Origin: Candidatus Dormiibacterota bacterium | GTDB lineage: Bacteria > Chloroflexota > Dormibacteria > Aeolococcales > Bog-877 | Length of the DNA: 55,012 nucleotides | Direction: 5' to 3' | NCBI GenBank assembly: GCA_027306655.1 | Contig: DAHUZL010000053.1 | Coordinates: forward strand, 1-55,012 | Shown: positions 1 to 9,342 of the stretch, in pieces | Layout: every line of letters begins with the position of its first letter | How positions within the stretch are numbered: position 1 is the first letter of the stretch | Notes under the pieces: generated by a model | Databases searched by the model: none | Told to the model about the DNA's origin: nothing | Seen by the model: only the letters and a program-made list of their open reading frames with translations | Made by a program: the position numbers and the translations under genes

Positions 1-211
1 TGAACTGGGTCACCTGGATGCCGTAGGTGGTGGGCGTCCACATCGGGAAGATCCAGTTGGGAGGGGCGTTCACCGCGAACGAGGCCGTCCCCGCCGGCCC
101 CGCCCGGGGCGAGGGCCGGACCGCCGCCGCCGCGCCGCCCAGGCCGACAAGCGCCGCCACCGTCAGGAGCGCGCCGATGGCGCCCCCACGTGTCACATGA
201 GCTCGCCGCAT
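1..211 (-). CDS. Family-5 (peptide/nickel type) ABC substrate-binding protein, N-terminal fragment truncated by the left edge
   Basis: Absent from the ORF track because there is no stop in the window. Hand translation from the ATG (complement of 209-211) gives MRRAHVTRGGAIGALLTVAALVGLGGAAAAVRPSPRAGPAGTASFAVNAPPNWIFPMWTPTTYGIQVTQF... It has a signal-peptide-like N-terminus. The mature start resembles the SBP at 16492-18321 (TFAQLVGAPPTYIFPLL). Confidence 0.55.
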   Translation of the reverse strand, partial: MRRAHVTRGGAIGALLTVAALVGLGGAAAAVRPSPRAGPAGTASFAVNAPPNWIFPMWTPTTYGIQVTQF

Positions 212-355
212 GACCCGCACCTCCCCGGGGGACCGCGCCGTGCCGGCCGGCCCGCCCACTCCCTCCTGCGCCCGTGACGGAGGACCACCTCCTCGTCCGA
301 GTATGCTCCCTCGCCCGACCCGCCGCCACTCCGCGGGCCCCGGCCGGGCCCCGCG

Positions 356-1525
356 TCAGCCGGTGCGGCCCTGCGCCAGGCGGTGCCGCGGCCGCGGCCA
401 GCGCCTCTCGCCGCGGACCGCGGCCAGGGTCGCGAGCGCGGCCGCGGCGAGGGCCAGGTAGGCCCAGGCGTCGCCGGTGGCCGCCGCCAGCGCCCCGCCT
501 CCCGCGGAGCCCACCGTCCAGCCGACACCCCAGGCGAGGTTCCAGAGCCCGAAGCCCAGCCACACCGACCGGGGCGCTCCGCCCGCGGACGCGGAGATCA
601 TCGACATCGCCGGCACCCAGAACGAGCTGTAGGCCGCCCCGGCCACCACCACCACGACCGCCAGCGGCCACCCTCCCGGCACCACCGCGAGGCTCACGGA
701 GACCGCCGCCGCAGCGGCCAGCCCGACCTGCACCGGGCGCCGATGCCCGCGCCGGTCGGTCCACCGGCCGAGCGCGGGATTCACCCAGGTGCGGATGGCG
801 GCGGCGACGAAGAAGACGGCGGCGATCGCACCCGCGGCGAGCCCCGCCCGGGCCAGCTCGAGCGGGGCCAGCACCGCCAGGACCGCGGTCAGGACGCCAC
901 CCAGCCCGCCCAGCCAGAGGCCGGCTCCGGCCCGCCACCCCAGCAGGCCGCGCAGCCGGCGGCCGAGCCGCTGGCGCCCCTCGTCGGCGGGGGCCGGCGT
1001 CCACCAGGTCCAGAGCACGAGGCCGGCTGTGGCCAGGGCGATCCCGGTGAAGACCGGGCGCAGGCCCACCGCCGCGGCGGCCCCCCCGAGCAGCGGCCCG
1101 AGGAGGGACCCCGCCGCCGATGCCGCCGCCGCGGTGCCGATCGCCCGACCCCGCCGCGCTCGCGGCACCGCGGTCACCAGCCAGGCGACGGCGCCGGTCC
1201 AGGCGAGCCCGTCGCCCACACCCTGCCCGAGGCGCATCGCGTCGAGCTGCACCACTCCGGTGGCCAGGCCGAAGCCCAGGGTGCACACGGCCATCAGGGT
1301 GAGCCCGGCCAGGACACCGAGCTTGAGGCTCCCCCGGGCCGCGACCGGGAGCGCCGCCAGCGTGCCCGCCATGCTGCCCACGGCGTAGGCGGCGGTGAGG
1401 AAGCCGGCGGCGCCCTTGCTGAGCGCGAGCGAGTGGGCGAGATGGGGCAGGAGCGGGGCGAGCGCGGCGAAGAAGACGGTGTCCACGAACGCAACACACA
1501 CCACGAGCCAGGTGAGATTGCGCAC
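356..1525 (-). CDS. MFS transporter
   Basis: 389-aa ORF with about 12 hydrophobic helices and Gly/Ala-rich membrane composition. Loop motif GRWTDRRGHRR is MFS motif-A-like. GTG start. Confidence 0.8.
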   Translation of the reverse strand: MRNLTWLVVCVAFVDTVFFAALAPLLPHLAHSLALSKGAAGFLTAAYAVGSMAGTLAALPVAARGSLKLGVLAGLTLMAVCTLGFGLATGVVQLDAMRLGQGVGDGLAWTGAVAWLVTAVPRARRGRAIGTAAAASAAGSLLGPLLGGAAAAVGLRPVFTGIALATAGLVLWTWWTPAPADEGRQRLGRRLRGLLGWRAGAGLWLGGLGGVLTAVLAVLAPLELARAGLAAGAIAAVFFVAAAIRTWVNPALGRWTDRRGHRRPVQVGLAAAAAVSVSLAVVPGGWPLAVVVVVAGAAYSSFWVPAMSMISASAGGAPRSVWLGFGLWNLAWGVGWTVGSAGGGALAAATGDAWAYLALAAAALATLAAVRGERRWPRPRHRLAQGRTG

Positions 1526-1567
1526 GCCTCGATGGTACGCGTGCCCCGGACCGGCGCCCCCGCGCCC

Positions 1568-2917
1568 TCAGGCCCCGGTCGCGGCCACCACGCCCGCGCT
1601 GGTCCCGACGAAGACCCGGTCCCCCCACAGGGTCGGCGTGACGAAGTGGGGAACCGGCCCGAGCGCCACCGCGGCGCGGACGGCGCCGCTGCGGGGAGCG
1701 AGCGCGTCGAGCACGCCGGTCCCGGTGTTGACGCTCCACACCGCACCGCCCCCGACCACCGGCGGACCGGACGCGCCCGCCCCGGTGTGCCACAGGACGG
1801 TGATCCCGCCGCCCCGGCCGACCGCCACCGCGCGGATGCCGTCCGCGCAGGGCACGTACACGGTGGAGCCGACGAAGGCGGTGCCCCCGAAGGAGGCGCA
1901 CACCGGAGCCGACGACACCGGGTGGCCGATGCCTCCCAGCGCGGACTGGCGGAGGACGTAGCCGATCCCGCTCTTGCCGGCGATGAACACGTAGCCGTCG
2001 GCAAGGAGCGTCGGCGAGACCGAGCCGAGGTCGAGGTCGGTGGCGTTGTCCTGGGCCCAGCGGGCGGGGGCGAAGCGACTGCGCAGCCGCAGCTGCGGGG
2101 TCAGCTCCAGCACGGAGTCGGTCCCGTCGTAGGGGGGCTGGTTGGCGGCCCCGTTGCCGGTCGCCACGTAGAGGTTGCCGTGGGCGTCCATCACCGGACC
2201 GGCGGTGGCCCAGACCGCTCCCTCGCGGGCGGTCGGGACCTCGTAGGTGATCGTCGGGCCGCGGCCGGTCGCCGGCACCCCGACGACCGCTCCTCGGTAC
2301 GCGCCGCAGTCCCCCCAGAGTCCGCCGAAGCCGAAGTAGACCATGCCGCTGCCGATCGCGAGCGCGGTCCGCTGCTGGGTGGCGAGCGGGGTGGAGAACG
2401 GGACGTCGACGTCACGTGACCACACCACCCGGCCGTCGCGCACGTCCAGCGCGAAGAGCAGATGCCGAGGACCGGTAACCTCCGCGACCAGGTAGACGAG
2501 CCCGGTGGCGGGATCGTAGGCGGGGGTCCCGGTGATGCCGAGAGGGTTGATGTCGCCGCAGGGAAGGGTGCTGAGCGGCACCGGCGTGCCCAGGTGACGC
2601 TGCCACACCACCCGCCCGTCGATGGGGTCGAGCGCGTACACGGTGTCGTTCTCGGTGGCCACGATGAGCAGCCCGCCGACCGCGAGCGGCTCGGCATAGA
2701 CGGCACCGTCCAGGGCCCGCGACCACGCCCGGCGCAGGCGGCCGAGGGGCGGAATACCCACCGCGACCCCGCTGCGGAGGGGGTCCCGGTGATAGACGGG
2801 CCAGACGGCGGTCGGAGCGGAGCGGGCGGCGATCCGGTGCCGGGGCGAGGCCGGGGGAGCGGTGAGCACTGCGGCGAGGAGCGCGGCGGCGGCGGCGGCG
2901 AAGGCACGGTGGGTCAT
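1568..2917 (-). CDS. PQQ-like beta-propeller repeat protein, secreted (BamB/YVTN-like fold family)
   Basis: The real start is MTHRAFAAAAAALLAAVL (signal peptide) at the complement of 2915-2917. Repeated propeller blades are visible: TVYALDPIDGRVVWQ, LLFALDVRDGRVVWS, GNLYVATGNG, STVYVPCADG. The upstream 235 codons of the tracked ORF are Arg/Pro-rich shadow sequence and overlap the GNAT gene. Confidence 0.8.
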   Translation of the reverse strand: MTHRAFAAAAAALLAAVLTAPPASPRHRIAARSAPTAVWPVYHRDPLRSGVAVGIPPLGRLRRAWSRALDGAVYAEPLAVGGLLIVATENDTVYALDPIDGRVVWQRHLGTPVPLSTLPCGDINPLGITGTPAYDPATGLVYLVAEVTGPRHLLFALDVRDGRVVWSRDVDVPFSTPLATQQRTALAIGSGMVYFGFGGLWGDCGAYRGAVVGVPATGRGPTITYEVPTAREGAVWATAGPVMDAHGNLYVATGNGAANQPPYDGTDSVLELTPQLRLRSRFAPARWAQDNATDLDLGSVSPTLLADGYVFIAGKSGIGYVLRQSALGGIGHPVSSAPVCASFGGTAFVGSTVYVPCADGIRAVAVGRGGGITVLWHTGAGASGPPVVGGGAVWSVNTGTGVLDALAPRSGAVRAAVALGPVPHFVTPTLWGDRVFVGTSAGVVAATGA

Positions 2918-3840
2918 GGGAAGCTCCCCTCCTCGTCGGTGGCGGCGTGCCGGCCGGGGACGGGCGGGGCGGCCGGGTGACCGGGCGATGGTACCCCCGG
3001 CCCGGCCCGGCGCTCGAACCGGTACACACCGCCGCGGCTGATCGAGGTCGCGACCAGGCCCTGGGCGAAGCACAGCTGGAAGGCATGGGCCGCGGCCGAC
3101 CGCCATCGCGCCGCCAGCGCCGGGTCCTCCAGACGCAGGCGGGCGTACTCGGGCGGGATCGCCACCTCGGCCTGGTCCGCGGGGACCACGGCGCACGGTC
3201 GGGGCTCCGGGCGTCCGCTCGGCTCGGCCGCATCGAGGAGGCGGACGGGCGGCGGGGTGGCGGCCACCGGGCGGCGCCCGCTCCCTCCCACCATCGCCGG
3301 ACCCGGGTCGGGCAAGGACCACCGCACCTCGAACCGGTCGCCGCGGTCCCCCCGATTCTGGAGGTCGTCCATCACCCCGTAGAAGCCCGGCAGGAACGCC
3401 GTCGCGACGGCGCCGAGGCGCACCAGGTTGAACCAGGCGTTGCGGACCAGGAGCGGGTCGTAGGTCCACCGCATCTCGTCGATCCCGAGCTCGAGGCAGA
3501 GCGCGCGCTGCCCCAGCTTGAGGGCACGGCCGATCCCGCGACCCTCCGCCGCCGGAACCACCCCGGCCAGATGGGAGTGGCAGTGCCACCCGCCGGCATG
3601 GCCGATGAAGCCGAGCGCGCATCCCACCAGCTCCCCCTGGGCGTCATCGGCGCCGACCAGGATCGCCCCCGCGTGCTGCAGGGCCCGGGCCAGCGGCGGC
3701 GGCACCTCGGTGGTGCCCCAGACCACGCGGGTGAGGCCCTCGATGCGCCCTCCGTCGTCGGGCCGGTCCAGCCGCCGCAGCGCCACGCCGGCACGGCGCG
3801 CGGCCGCCTGGGCCTCCTCCCACGGCGCCGGGTCAGTCAT
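2914..3840 (-). CDS. GNAT-family N-acetyltransferase (long, ~300-aa type)
   Basis: Acetyl-CoA loop AAEGRGIGRALKLGQ (R/Q-x-x-G-x-G/A). Start taken at MTDPAPWEEA (complement of 3838-3840). Its TGA overlaps the ATG of the downstream propeller gene (ATGA at 2914-2917). Confidence 0.7.
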   Translation of the reverse strand: MTDPAPWEEAQAAARRAGVALRRLDRPDDGGRIEGLTRVVWGTTEVPPPLARALQHAGAILVGADDAQGELVGCALGFIGHAGGWHCHSHLAGVVPAAEGRGIGRALKLGQRALCLELGIDEMRWTYDPLLVRNAWFNLVRLGAVATAFLPGFYGVMDDLQNRGDRGDRFEVRWSLPDPGPAMVGGSGRRPVAATPPPVRLLDAAEPSGRPEPRPCAVVPADQAEVAIPPEYARLRLEDPALAARWRSAAAHAFQLCFAQGLVATSISRGGVYRFERRAGPGVPSPGHPAAPPVPGRHAATDEEGSFP

Positions 3841-3989
3841 GCCGGTGCGCCCGGAGTCGAGGCATTTGCGACGTTCGCCCGACACGTTGGCGAATCAGCA
3901 CTCGGGTTTCGGGGCACCTGAACTCGACGGAGCCGCCGAGCCGTCGAGCGTTCCGACGGGGGGATCGTCGACCGGGGTGTTCAGCGCTG

Positions 3990-4259
3990 CTAGCGGCGAG
4001 TACGGTCCGGGACTCGACTACCAAATCCGCGAGCGTCGAGAACCCCCGCCATACCGAGCAGGCTGAAGCCGAGGCAAGCAAGCCCGATGAAAATTAGGCC
4101 CAATCCTCGGCGGTCACCCAGGACGATCGCTCCGAACAAGATCCACAGGATGCCCACCAAGAGGGGGGGCAGCCAGACGACCCGTCGGTTCACCGACCTC
4201 ACGAGGACGAGCCTACCACGGCGCTTGGAACGTGACAACGGATCGGCGCATGGGGACAT
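3990..4259 (-). CDS. Small membrane protein (2 TM), unknown function
   Basis: MSPCADPLSRSKRRGRLVLVRSVNRRVVWLPPLLVGILWILFGAIVLGDRRGLGLIFIGLACLGFSLLGMAGVL... shows two clear hydrophobic helices. It lies in a locally lower-GC patch. The start is uncertain. Confidence 0.4.
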   Translation of the reverse strand: MSPCADPLSRSKRRGRLVLVRSVNRRVVWLPPLLVGILWILFGAIVLGDRRGLGLIFIGLACLGFSLLGMAGVLDARGFGSRVPDRTRR

Positions 4260-4560
4260 CTGCACGCCGACGGCGGGGCAAGATCCGCCTGCAGTTGGGG
4301 AGGGTGAGCTATGTAGGACCGGTACGTTGCAATCCGCTGGGCTGGGAACTACCGGGTTGAAACGCCAGGAGCTGCTCACGGCCGGCGGGGCGGAGCGGAT
4401 GACGGCCGGGCGGTCGGCCCGGCGTGACGCCGCCGACCCTCCCGGCTGACGGCACGCTCACGACCTGACGGGAGCCTCGCCGGGCGCCCCCGTTCTGGTG
4501 ACGAGAGGGCAACGTCCCCCCTGCCGGCAGCGGGGCCAGCCATGGTGGGAGGCGATCCCC

Positions 4561-5352
4561 ATGGTCGCCTCAGCCCCACCGCGCTGTCCCGCCGTCCGCG
4601 GCCGGTCGCGCGCGGCCGTGCTCGGGCTGGCGGCCGGGCTGCTGGTGGCGGGGGCCGCGCTCCCGGCGCCGGCGACGGGGCAGTCGCTGGCAGTCCACGG
4701 GGTCGTCCCGCCGCAGCGACCGGCCGCCAACGTGCCCGCCGACCCCCCGTTCGTCGGCGTCTGCGCCGGCCTGGCGGGGGCGGGGGCGGCGTGCGAGCAG
4801 GCCGCGGTGGCCGCCCTCGACCGTGCCCGGCGGCGCGAGGGCCTCGGTCCGCTGGTCATCCCCGGCACCTTCCCGCGCCTCAGCCCGGCTGAGCAGCTGT
4901 TCGTGCTGGTCGACGAGGAGCGCGTCAGCCGCGGGCTGGCCCCGTTCCTCGGCCTCACCGCCGGGCTCGATGCCATCGCCGGGGAGGCGGCACGGGCCGG
5001 GACCGACCCCGTGCCGTCGGTCGGGTCGCTGGGGGGCGACGCCGCCCAGGCCTGGAGTGGCAACTGGGCCGAGGGCCCGGGCCCACTCGGGATCAGCTAC
5101 GGCTGGATGTACGACGACGGGTACGGCAGCGGCAACCTCGCCTGCGCCCGGCCGTCCGCGCCGGCGTGCTGGGGCCATCGCGACAACATCCTGGCGCGAT
5201 GGGCACCCGGGCCGAACCGGTGGCTGGTGATGGGAGCCGCGGCGACCGGGGGCAGGGGGCTCGCGAGCGCCACCGAGTCGATGGTCCTGCTGCGCGGACG
5301 CCGGCCCGCCCTCGTCTACAGCTGGTCAGAGGCGGTCCGGGCGGGCTGCTGA
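4561..5352 (+). CDS. Secreted CAP/SCP-like (YkwD-type) domain protein
   Basis: Signal peptide MVASAPPRCPAVRGRSRAAVLGLAAGLLVAGAALPAPA. LDRARRREGLGPL plus CWGHRDNIL resemble the bacterial CAP-domain N- and C-motifs (xxRxxxGLxPL ... GHRxNIL). Confidence 0.6.
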   Translation: MVASAPPRCPAVRGRSRAAVLGLAAGLLVAGAALPAPATGQSLAVHGVVPPQRPAANVPADPPFVGVCAGLAGAGAACEQAAVAALDRARRREGLGPLVIPGTFPRLSPAEQLFVLVDEERVSRGLAPFLGLTAGLDAIAGEAARAGTDPVPSVGSLGGDAAQAWSGNWAEGPGPLGISYGWMYDDGYGSGNLACARPSAPACWGHRDNILARWAPGPNRWLVMGAAATGGRGLASATESMVLLRGRRPALVYSWSEAVRAGC

Positions 5353-5401
5353 CCGGTCCGCCCCGGACCGGCCGATCTCCGCCGCCGCCTATACTGGGCT
5401 C

Positions 5402-6664
5402 ATGGCGATCCGCGGCTCGGCGACCCCCTCCTCCACCCCCGCCTTCGGACCGGCGCCATCGCTCCGGCGTGCGCGCCGGCGCTGGTCGATCGTCGTCACC
5501 ATCCTCGTGATCGCGGGCGCGGTGACGGCCACGACCCTGGTCCAGCTGGGGGTGATCTCGACGGCGCACGGCCTGGCACTCCGCCCATCGGCGCCTCCCC
5601 GTCCGGTGGTGCCGCCGTCGGTCACGCTGGCGTTCGCGGGGCCCGTCGCCGACGTCCCCCCCGCCTCCCCGATCACCGTCTCGGTGGCCCACGGCACGCT
5701 CACCGCGCTCACCGTCGCGCCGCTCGCCGGCGGCGCCGCGGTGGCGGGGCACCTGCGGGGCGGCACCTGGCTGCCGATCGCGCCCCTGGCCTGGGCCACC
5801 ACCTACCGGGTGGCCGCCACCGCCGCCGCGGTCGGCCACGGATCCGGCGGCCGCCCCCCGGCCCCAGTCACCGTGGTCCGGAATTTCACCACCCCGCCGG
5901 CGCCGCTGGCGATGATGTCGCTGGTGCCGAACATCTCGCCCTACAACGGAGAGCAGGTCGGCTGGGGCGCGGTCTTCGTGCTCCAGTTCCCGAATGCGAT
6001 CCCGGCCGCGGGCCAGGCCGACATCCTTGCCGCCCTGCACGTATCGATGAGCATCCCCGAGCCGGGCCGGTGGCGATGGTTCACCCCCAGCGAGCTGCAC
6101 TTCCGGCCCGAGCACTTCTGGCCGGTGGGCGAGCGGGTGACCCTGGAGGGCGACCTCAACGGACTCACGATCCTGGGCCACCGGCTGGTCGGGTCCCAGT
6201 TCACCTCCGCCTTCACCGTGGTGGACGACCACCTGACCGTCATCAGCGCCGTCACCGATCGCGAGCTGGTCTACAACAACGGGCGCCTGATCCAGAACTT
6301 CCCGGTCAGCCTGGGCAAGCCCGGCTTCCCCACCATCAGCGGGACATTGGTGGTGCTCTCCAAGGCCCCCTCGGTGTTCATGAACAGCGCCACCATCGGG
6401 TTCCCCGGTCTCTACGCCCAGGACGTCTACTACGACGTCGCCATCTCCACCGACGGCTACTACATCCACGACGCCTCCTGGGACGTCTACGACCACGGGG
6501 TGGCCAACGTCTCGCATGGCTGCGTGGAGCAGAACCCGGCCGATGCGGTCTGGTTCTACAACTTCAGCGTTCCCGGGGACGTGGTCGAGATCTCCGGGAC
6601 CGGGCTGCCGGCGGGCGAGGTCAACGGCGAGGCCGACTGGAACATCCCCTGGGCTCAGTACTGA
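5402..6664 (+). CDS. L,D-transpeptidase (YkuD domain) with N-terminal TM anchor and Ig-like domains
   Basis: Catalytic motif [21 protein letters not shown] (H...SHGC). The N-terminal anchor is [20 protein letters not shown]. The architecture resembles mycobacterial Ldt proteins. Confidence 0.85.
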   Translation: MAIRGSATPSSTPAFGPAPSLRRARRRWSIVVTILVIAGAVTATTLVQLGVISTAHGLALRPSAPPRPVVPPSVTLAFAGPVADVPPASPITVSVAHGTLTALTVAPLAGGAAVAGHLRGGTWLPIAPLAWATTYRVAATAAAVGHGSGGRPPAPVTVVRNFTTPPAPLAMMSLVPNISPYNGEQVGWGAVFVLQFPNAIPAAGQADILAALHVSMSIPEPGRWRWFTPSELHFRPEHFWPVGERVTLEGDLNGLTILGHRLVGSQFTSAFTVVDDHLTVISAVTDRELVYNNGRLIQNFPVSLGKPGFPTISGTLVVLSKAPSVFMNSATIGFPGLYAQDVYYDVAISTDGYYIHDASWDVYDHGVANVSHGCVEQNPADAVWFYNFSVPGDVVEISGTGLPAGEVNGEADWNIPWAQY

Positions 6665-6690
6665 GCCCGGCCGGCTGAGGCACGGCGCCG

Positions 6691-8232
6691 GTGCCGGCGG
6701 AGCAGGTCCGGCTTCGGATCGGCAACCTGGATCGGGCCGTCCTCATCACCGGGCAGGCGTACCAGGATCCCAAGGACGCGCTCAACGAGTTCATCTCCAA
6801 CGCGGCCGACGAGTACGCCGAGGCGGACCGGCGGGGCGGACGGATCACGGTCTTCCTGCGCCGGCAGGGACGCCACCCGCTGGTGGCGGTCGACGACGCC
6901 GGACGGGGCATGGATGTGGCCCGTCTCCGCCGCGTCGCCGGCAGCCTCTTCGACTCGTCCAAGGCGGGCGACCCGCGCACCCTGGGGGAGAAGGCGATCG
7001 GGCTGCTCGCCTTCCAGCAGCTGGGGGCCCGCTGCGAGGTCGTCACCCGCCCCGAGGGGGAGGCGCGCACCCACGTCCTCCGGCTGGAGCGGGGGCGCTC
7101 GATGGCCCGGCTGGAGCTGGACGAGCGGCGCCGGGCCCGGGTGGCGCCCGGGACCACCGTCTACCTCGCTGATCTCGACCCCGACGTGGTGCGCGTCCTC
7201 ACCCTGCGCAAGGTGGTGGACTACCTGCGCCGGCGACGCGCGGTGGCGCTGGCCCGCGGCGACTACAGCCTGGAGGTGGTGGAGGGCCGGCGCGCCGAGC
7301 TGGTCACCCCGGAGCGGCCGGACGGGGTGCGTCTCGCGCTCCCATCGCGGCCGACCCTGTGGGGTCGAGTGGAGTACGCCCTCTTCGTCGCCCCGCGGCC
7401 CGACCACCGGCGGCGGGTGGCGGTGGTGGGGCGCGCCGGGACCACCATCATCGACGACCTCTGCGAGCTGGAGGAGTTCGGTGTGTCGCCCTGGGGCAGC
7501 GACCAGGTGAGCGGCCAGGTCACCTACGAGGCGCTGGTGCAGACGGCCGGGCGGCGCGCGATCCTGCGCGACCGCGACGCGTTCCCCGCCTTCGTCGAGG
7601 CGGTACGAGCGGTCGAGCCGGCGGTGCAGAAGACCCTGGAGCGGATTGCGGCCGCCCTCGACCGCGACACCGCCGAGCGGCTCTCCGACGCGGTGCGGCG
7701 GATCTTCGCGCGGGTGCTGCGGGAGCTGGCCGACCTCGACAATCCGATGCGCACCGCGCTCGGCACCGAGACCGGAGACGGCGCGGTGCTGGCCACCCTG
7801 GCCCTCGCCGAGGCGTCCGATGGGGAGGCGCTCCCGGCCGGCAGCGCCCTCGACGTCGACCTCGACCTCCCGGCGCTGCAGCGGCCCGCGGAGCTGACCC
7901 ACCCCCCCGACCCCCCCGCCGACCCGGGGGTCGGCGCCGCCCTCGCCGGCGGGCGGCGGTCGCGCGCGCTCCCCAGCATCGAGCCGGACCCCGATCCGGG
8001 GCCGTCCCGCAGCCGCTTCGACCCCGAACGCGGCCTTGTCTACTACAACGCCGGCCATCCAGACTTCCTCCTCGTCAAGGACGAGGAGTCGGGCCTGCTC
8101 GACTACCTCGCCACCCTGGTCGCCAAGGAGTACGTGGTCTTCAACAACCCCCGCGCCCGCGCCGACGAGCTGGCCGAGGAGATGGTGCGCATGCTGGTGC
8201 GAGTGCGCCGCCATCTCCGCCAGCGGCGGTGA
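6691..8232 (+). CDS. GHKL-superfamily ATPase (HATPase_c_3 / MORC-like), orphan
   Basis: N-box [11 protein letters not shown]1 box VDDAGRGMD and G2-like [14 protein letters not shown], in the order expected for a Bergerat fold. These are followed by a ~200-aa middle domain, an acidic/Pro-rich linker and a conserved-looking C-terminal segment ([21 protein letters not shown]). GTG start. Confidence 0.7.
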   Translation: MPAEQVRLRIGNLDRAVLITGQAYQDPKDALNEFISNAADEYAEADRRGGRITVFLRRQGRHPLVAVDDAGRGMDVARLRRVAGSLFDSSKAGDPRTLGEKAIGLLAFQQLGARCEVVTRPEGEARTHVLRLERGRSMARLELDERRRARVAPGTTVYLADLDPDVVRVLTLRKVVDYLRRRRAVALARGDYSLEVVEGRRAELVTPERPDGVRLALPSRPTLWGRVEYALFVAPRPDHRRRVAVVGRAGTTIIDDLCELEEFGVSPWGSDQVSGQVTYEALVQTAGRRAILRDRDAFPAFVEAVRAVEPAVQKTLERIAAALDRDTAERLSDAVRRIFARVLRELADLDNPMRTALGTETGDGAVLATLALAEASDGEALPAGSALDVDLDLPALQRPAELTHPPDPPADPGVGAALAGGRRSRALPSIEPDPDPGPSRSRFDPERGLVYYNAGHPDFLLVKDEESGLLDYLATLVAKEYVVFNNPRARADELAEEMVRMLVRVRRHLRQRR

Positions 8233-8257
8233 CGGGGACGGCCCCGCCGCGGCGACG

Positions 8258-9298
8258 ATGACCGTCGTGGCCGCGGTCGACCTGCGCTCCGACACCGTCA
8301 CCCTGCCCACGCCGGCAATGCGAGATGCCATGCGCACCGCGGCGCTGGGCGACGACGTGTATGGGGAGGACCCCACCGTCAACCGCCTGGAGGCGGTCGC
8401 GGCGGATCGACTCGGCAAGCAGGCGGCGGTGCTGGTCCCCAGCGGGACGATGGCCAACCTGCTGGCGTTGCTGGTTCACGCGGGCCCGCGCCAGGAGGTG
8501 ATCGTCGAGGCCGACAGCCACATCTTCCAGTACGAGGCCGCCGGCGCGGCGGTGGTGGGCGGGATCCAGCTGCGTCCCCTGCCCAGCGCCACCGGCGTGC
8601 TCTCGGCCGAGCAGGTGGCGGCGGCGGTGCGGACCGACCACGATCCCCATCAGCCGCGGACCGCTGCGGTCGCCGTTGAGAACACCCACAACCGCCGGGG
8701 CGGAGTGGTGTGGGATCCGGGCCAGCTGGCGGCGGTGGCGGGGGCGGCTCGGGACCGCGGGATCGCGGTGCACATGGATGGGGCTCGTCTCTTCAACGCC
8801 GCGGTGGCGCTGCGGTTGGCGCCGGCGGCCATCGCCGCCCACGCCGACACCGTCAGCTTCTGTCTCTCCAAGGGGCTCGGCTGCCCGGTCGGCAGCCTCC
8901 TCACCGGCCCGGCGGCGGCGATCGCCCGGGCCCGGGAGTGGCGCAAGATGCTGGGCGGCGGGATGCGCCAGGCGGGGATCATCGCCGCCTGCGGCCTGAT
9001 CGGTCTGGACCGCATGGTGGACCGGCTCGCCGACGACCACGCCAATGCGCGCGTTCTCGCCGAGGGGCTGGCGGAGCTGCCCGGGGTCGAGCTCGACCCC
9101 GGGCGGGTCACCACCAACATCGTGATGGTGCGCCTCACCCGTCTGACCGCGGCCGCCTTCGTGGCAGCGGCGGCAGCCCGGGGCCTGCTCTGCCTGGAGG
9201 AGGGGCACGACACGGTGCGCCTGGTCACCCACCTCGGCATCGGTCCGGGCGACATCACCCGGGGCCTCGCCGTCGCGGAGGCGGTGCTCACCGGCTGA
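8258..9298 (+). CDS. ltaE: Low-specificity L-threonine aldolase
   Basis: [19 protein letters not shown]...[12 protein letters not shown]...PSGTMANL...SFCLSKGLG (PLP lysine) is the typical beta-eliminating lyase/threonine aldolase pattern. ATG at 8258. Confidence 0.85.
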   Translation: MTVVAAVDLRSDTVTLPTPAMRDAMRTAALGDDVYGEDPTVNRLEAVAADRLGKQAAVLVPSGTMANLLALLVHAGPRQEVIVEADSHIFQYEAAGAAVVGGIQLRPLPSATGVLSAEQVAAAVRTDHDPHQPRTAAVAVENTHNRRGGVVWDPGQLAAVAGAARDRGIAVHMDGARLFNAAVALRLAPAAIAAHADTVSFCLSKGLGCPVGSLLTGPAAAIARAREWRKMLGGGMRQAGIIAACGLIGLDRMVDRLADDHANARVLAEGLAELPGVELDPGRVTTNIVMVRLTRLTAAAFVAAAAARGLLCLEEGHDTVRLVTHLGIGPGDITRGLAVAEAVLTG

Positions 9299-9310
9299 CG
9301 GCGGCGGCGA

Positions 9311-9335
9311 GGGCCGGGCCGGGAGGCCCGGGCCC
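9311..9335. terminator. GC-rich hairpin between convergent genes (candidate bidirectional terminator, no U-tract)
   Basis: gggccgggcc-ggga-ggcccgggccc forms 7 + 3 bp with a one-base bulge. It sits between the ltaE stop (9298) and the stop of the minus-strand gene (9343). Confidence 0.3.
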
Positions 9336-9342
9336 CCCGTGC

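Noticed and set aside
2918-3622. An upstream extension of the beta-propeller ORF (the tracked ORF runs to 3622).
   Set aside because: It overlaps the GNAT coding frame and is Arg/Gly/Pro-rich. The ATG at 2917 is followed by a signal peptide and forms an ATGA junction with the GNAT stop.
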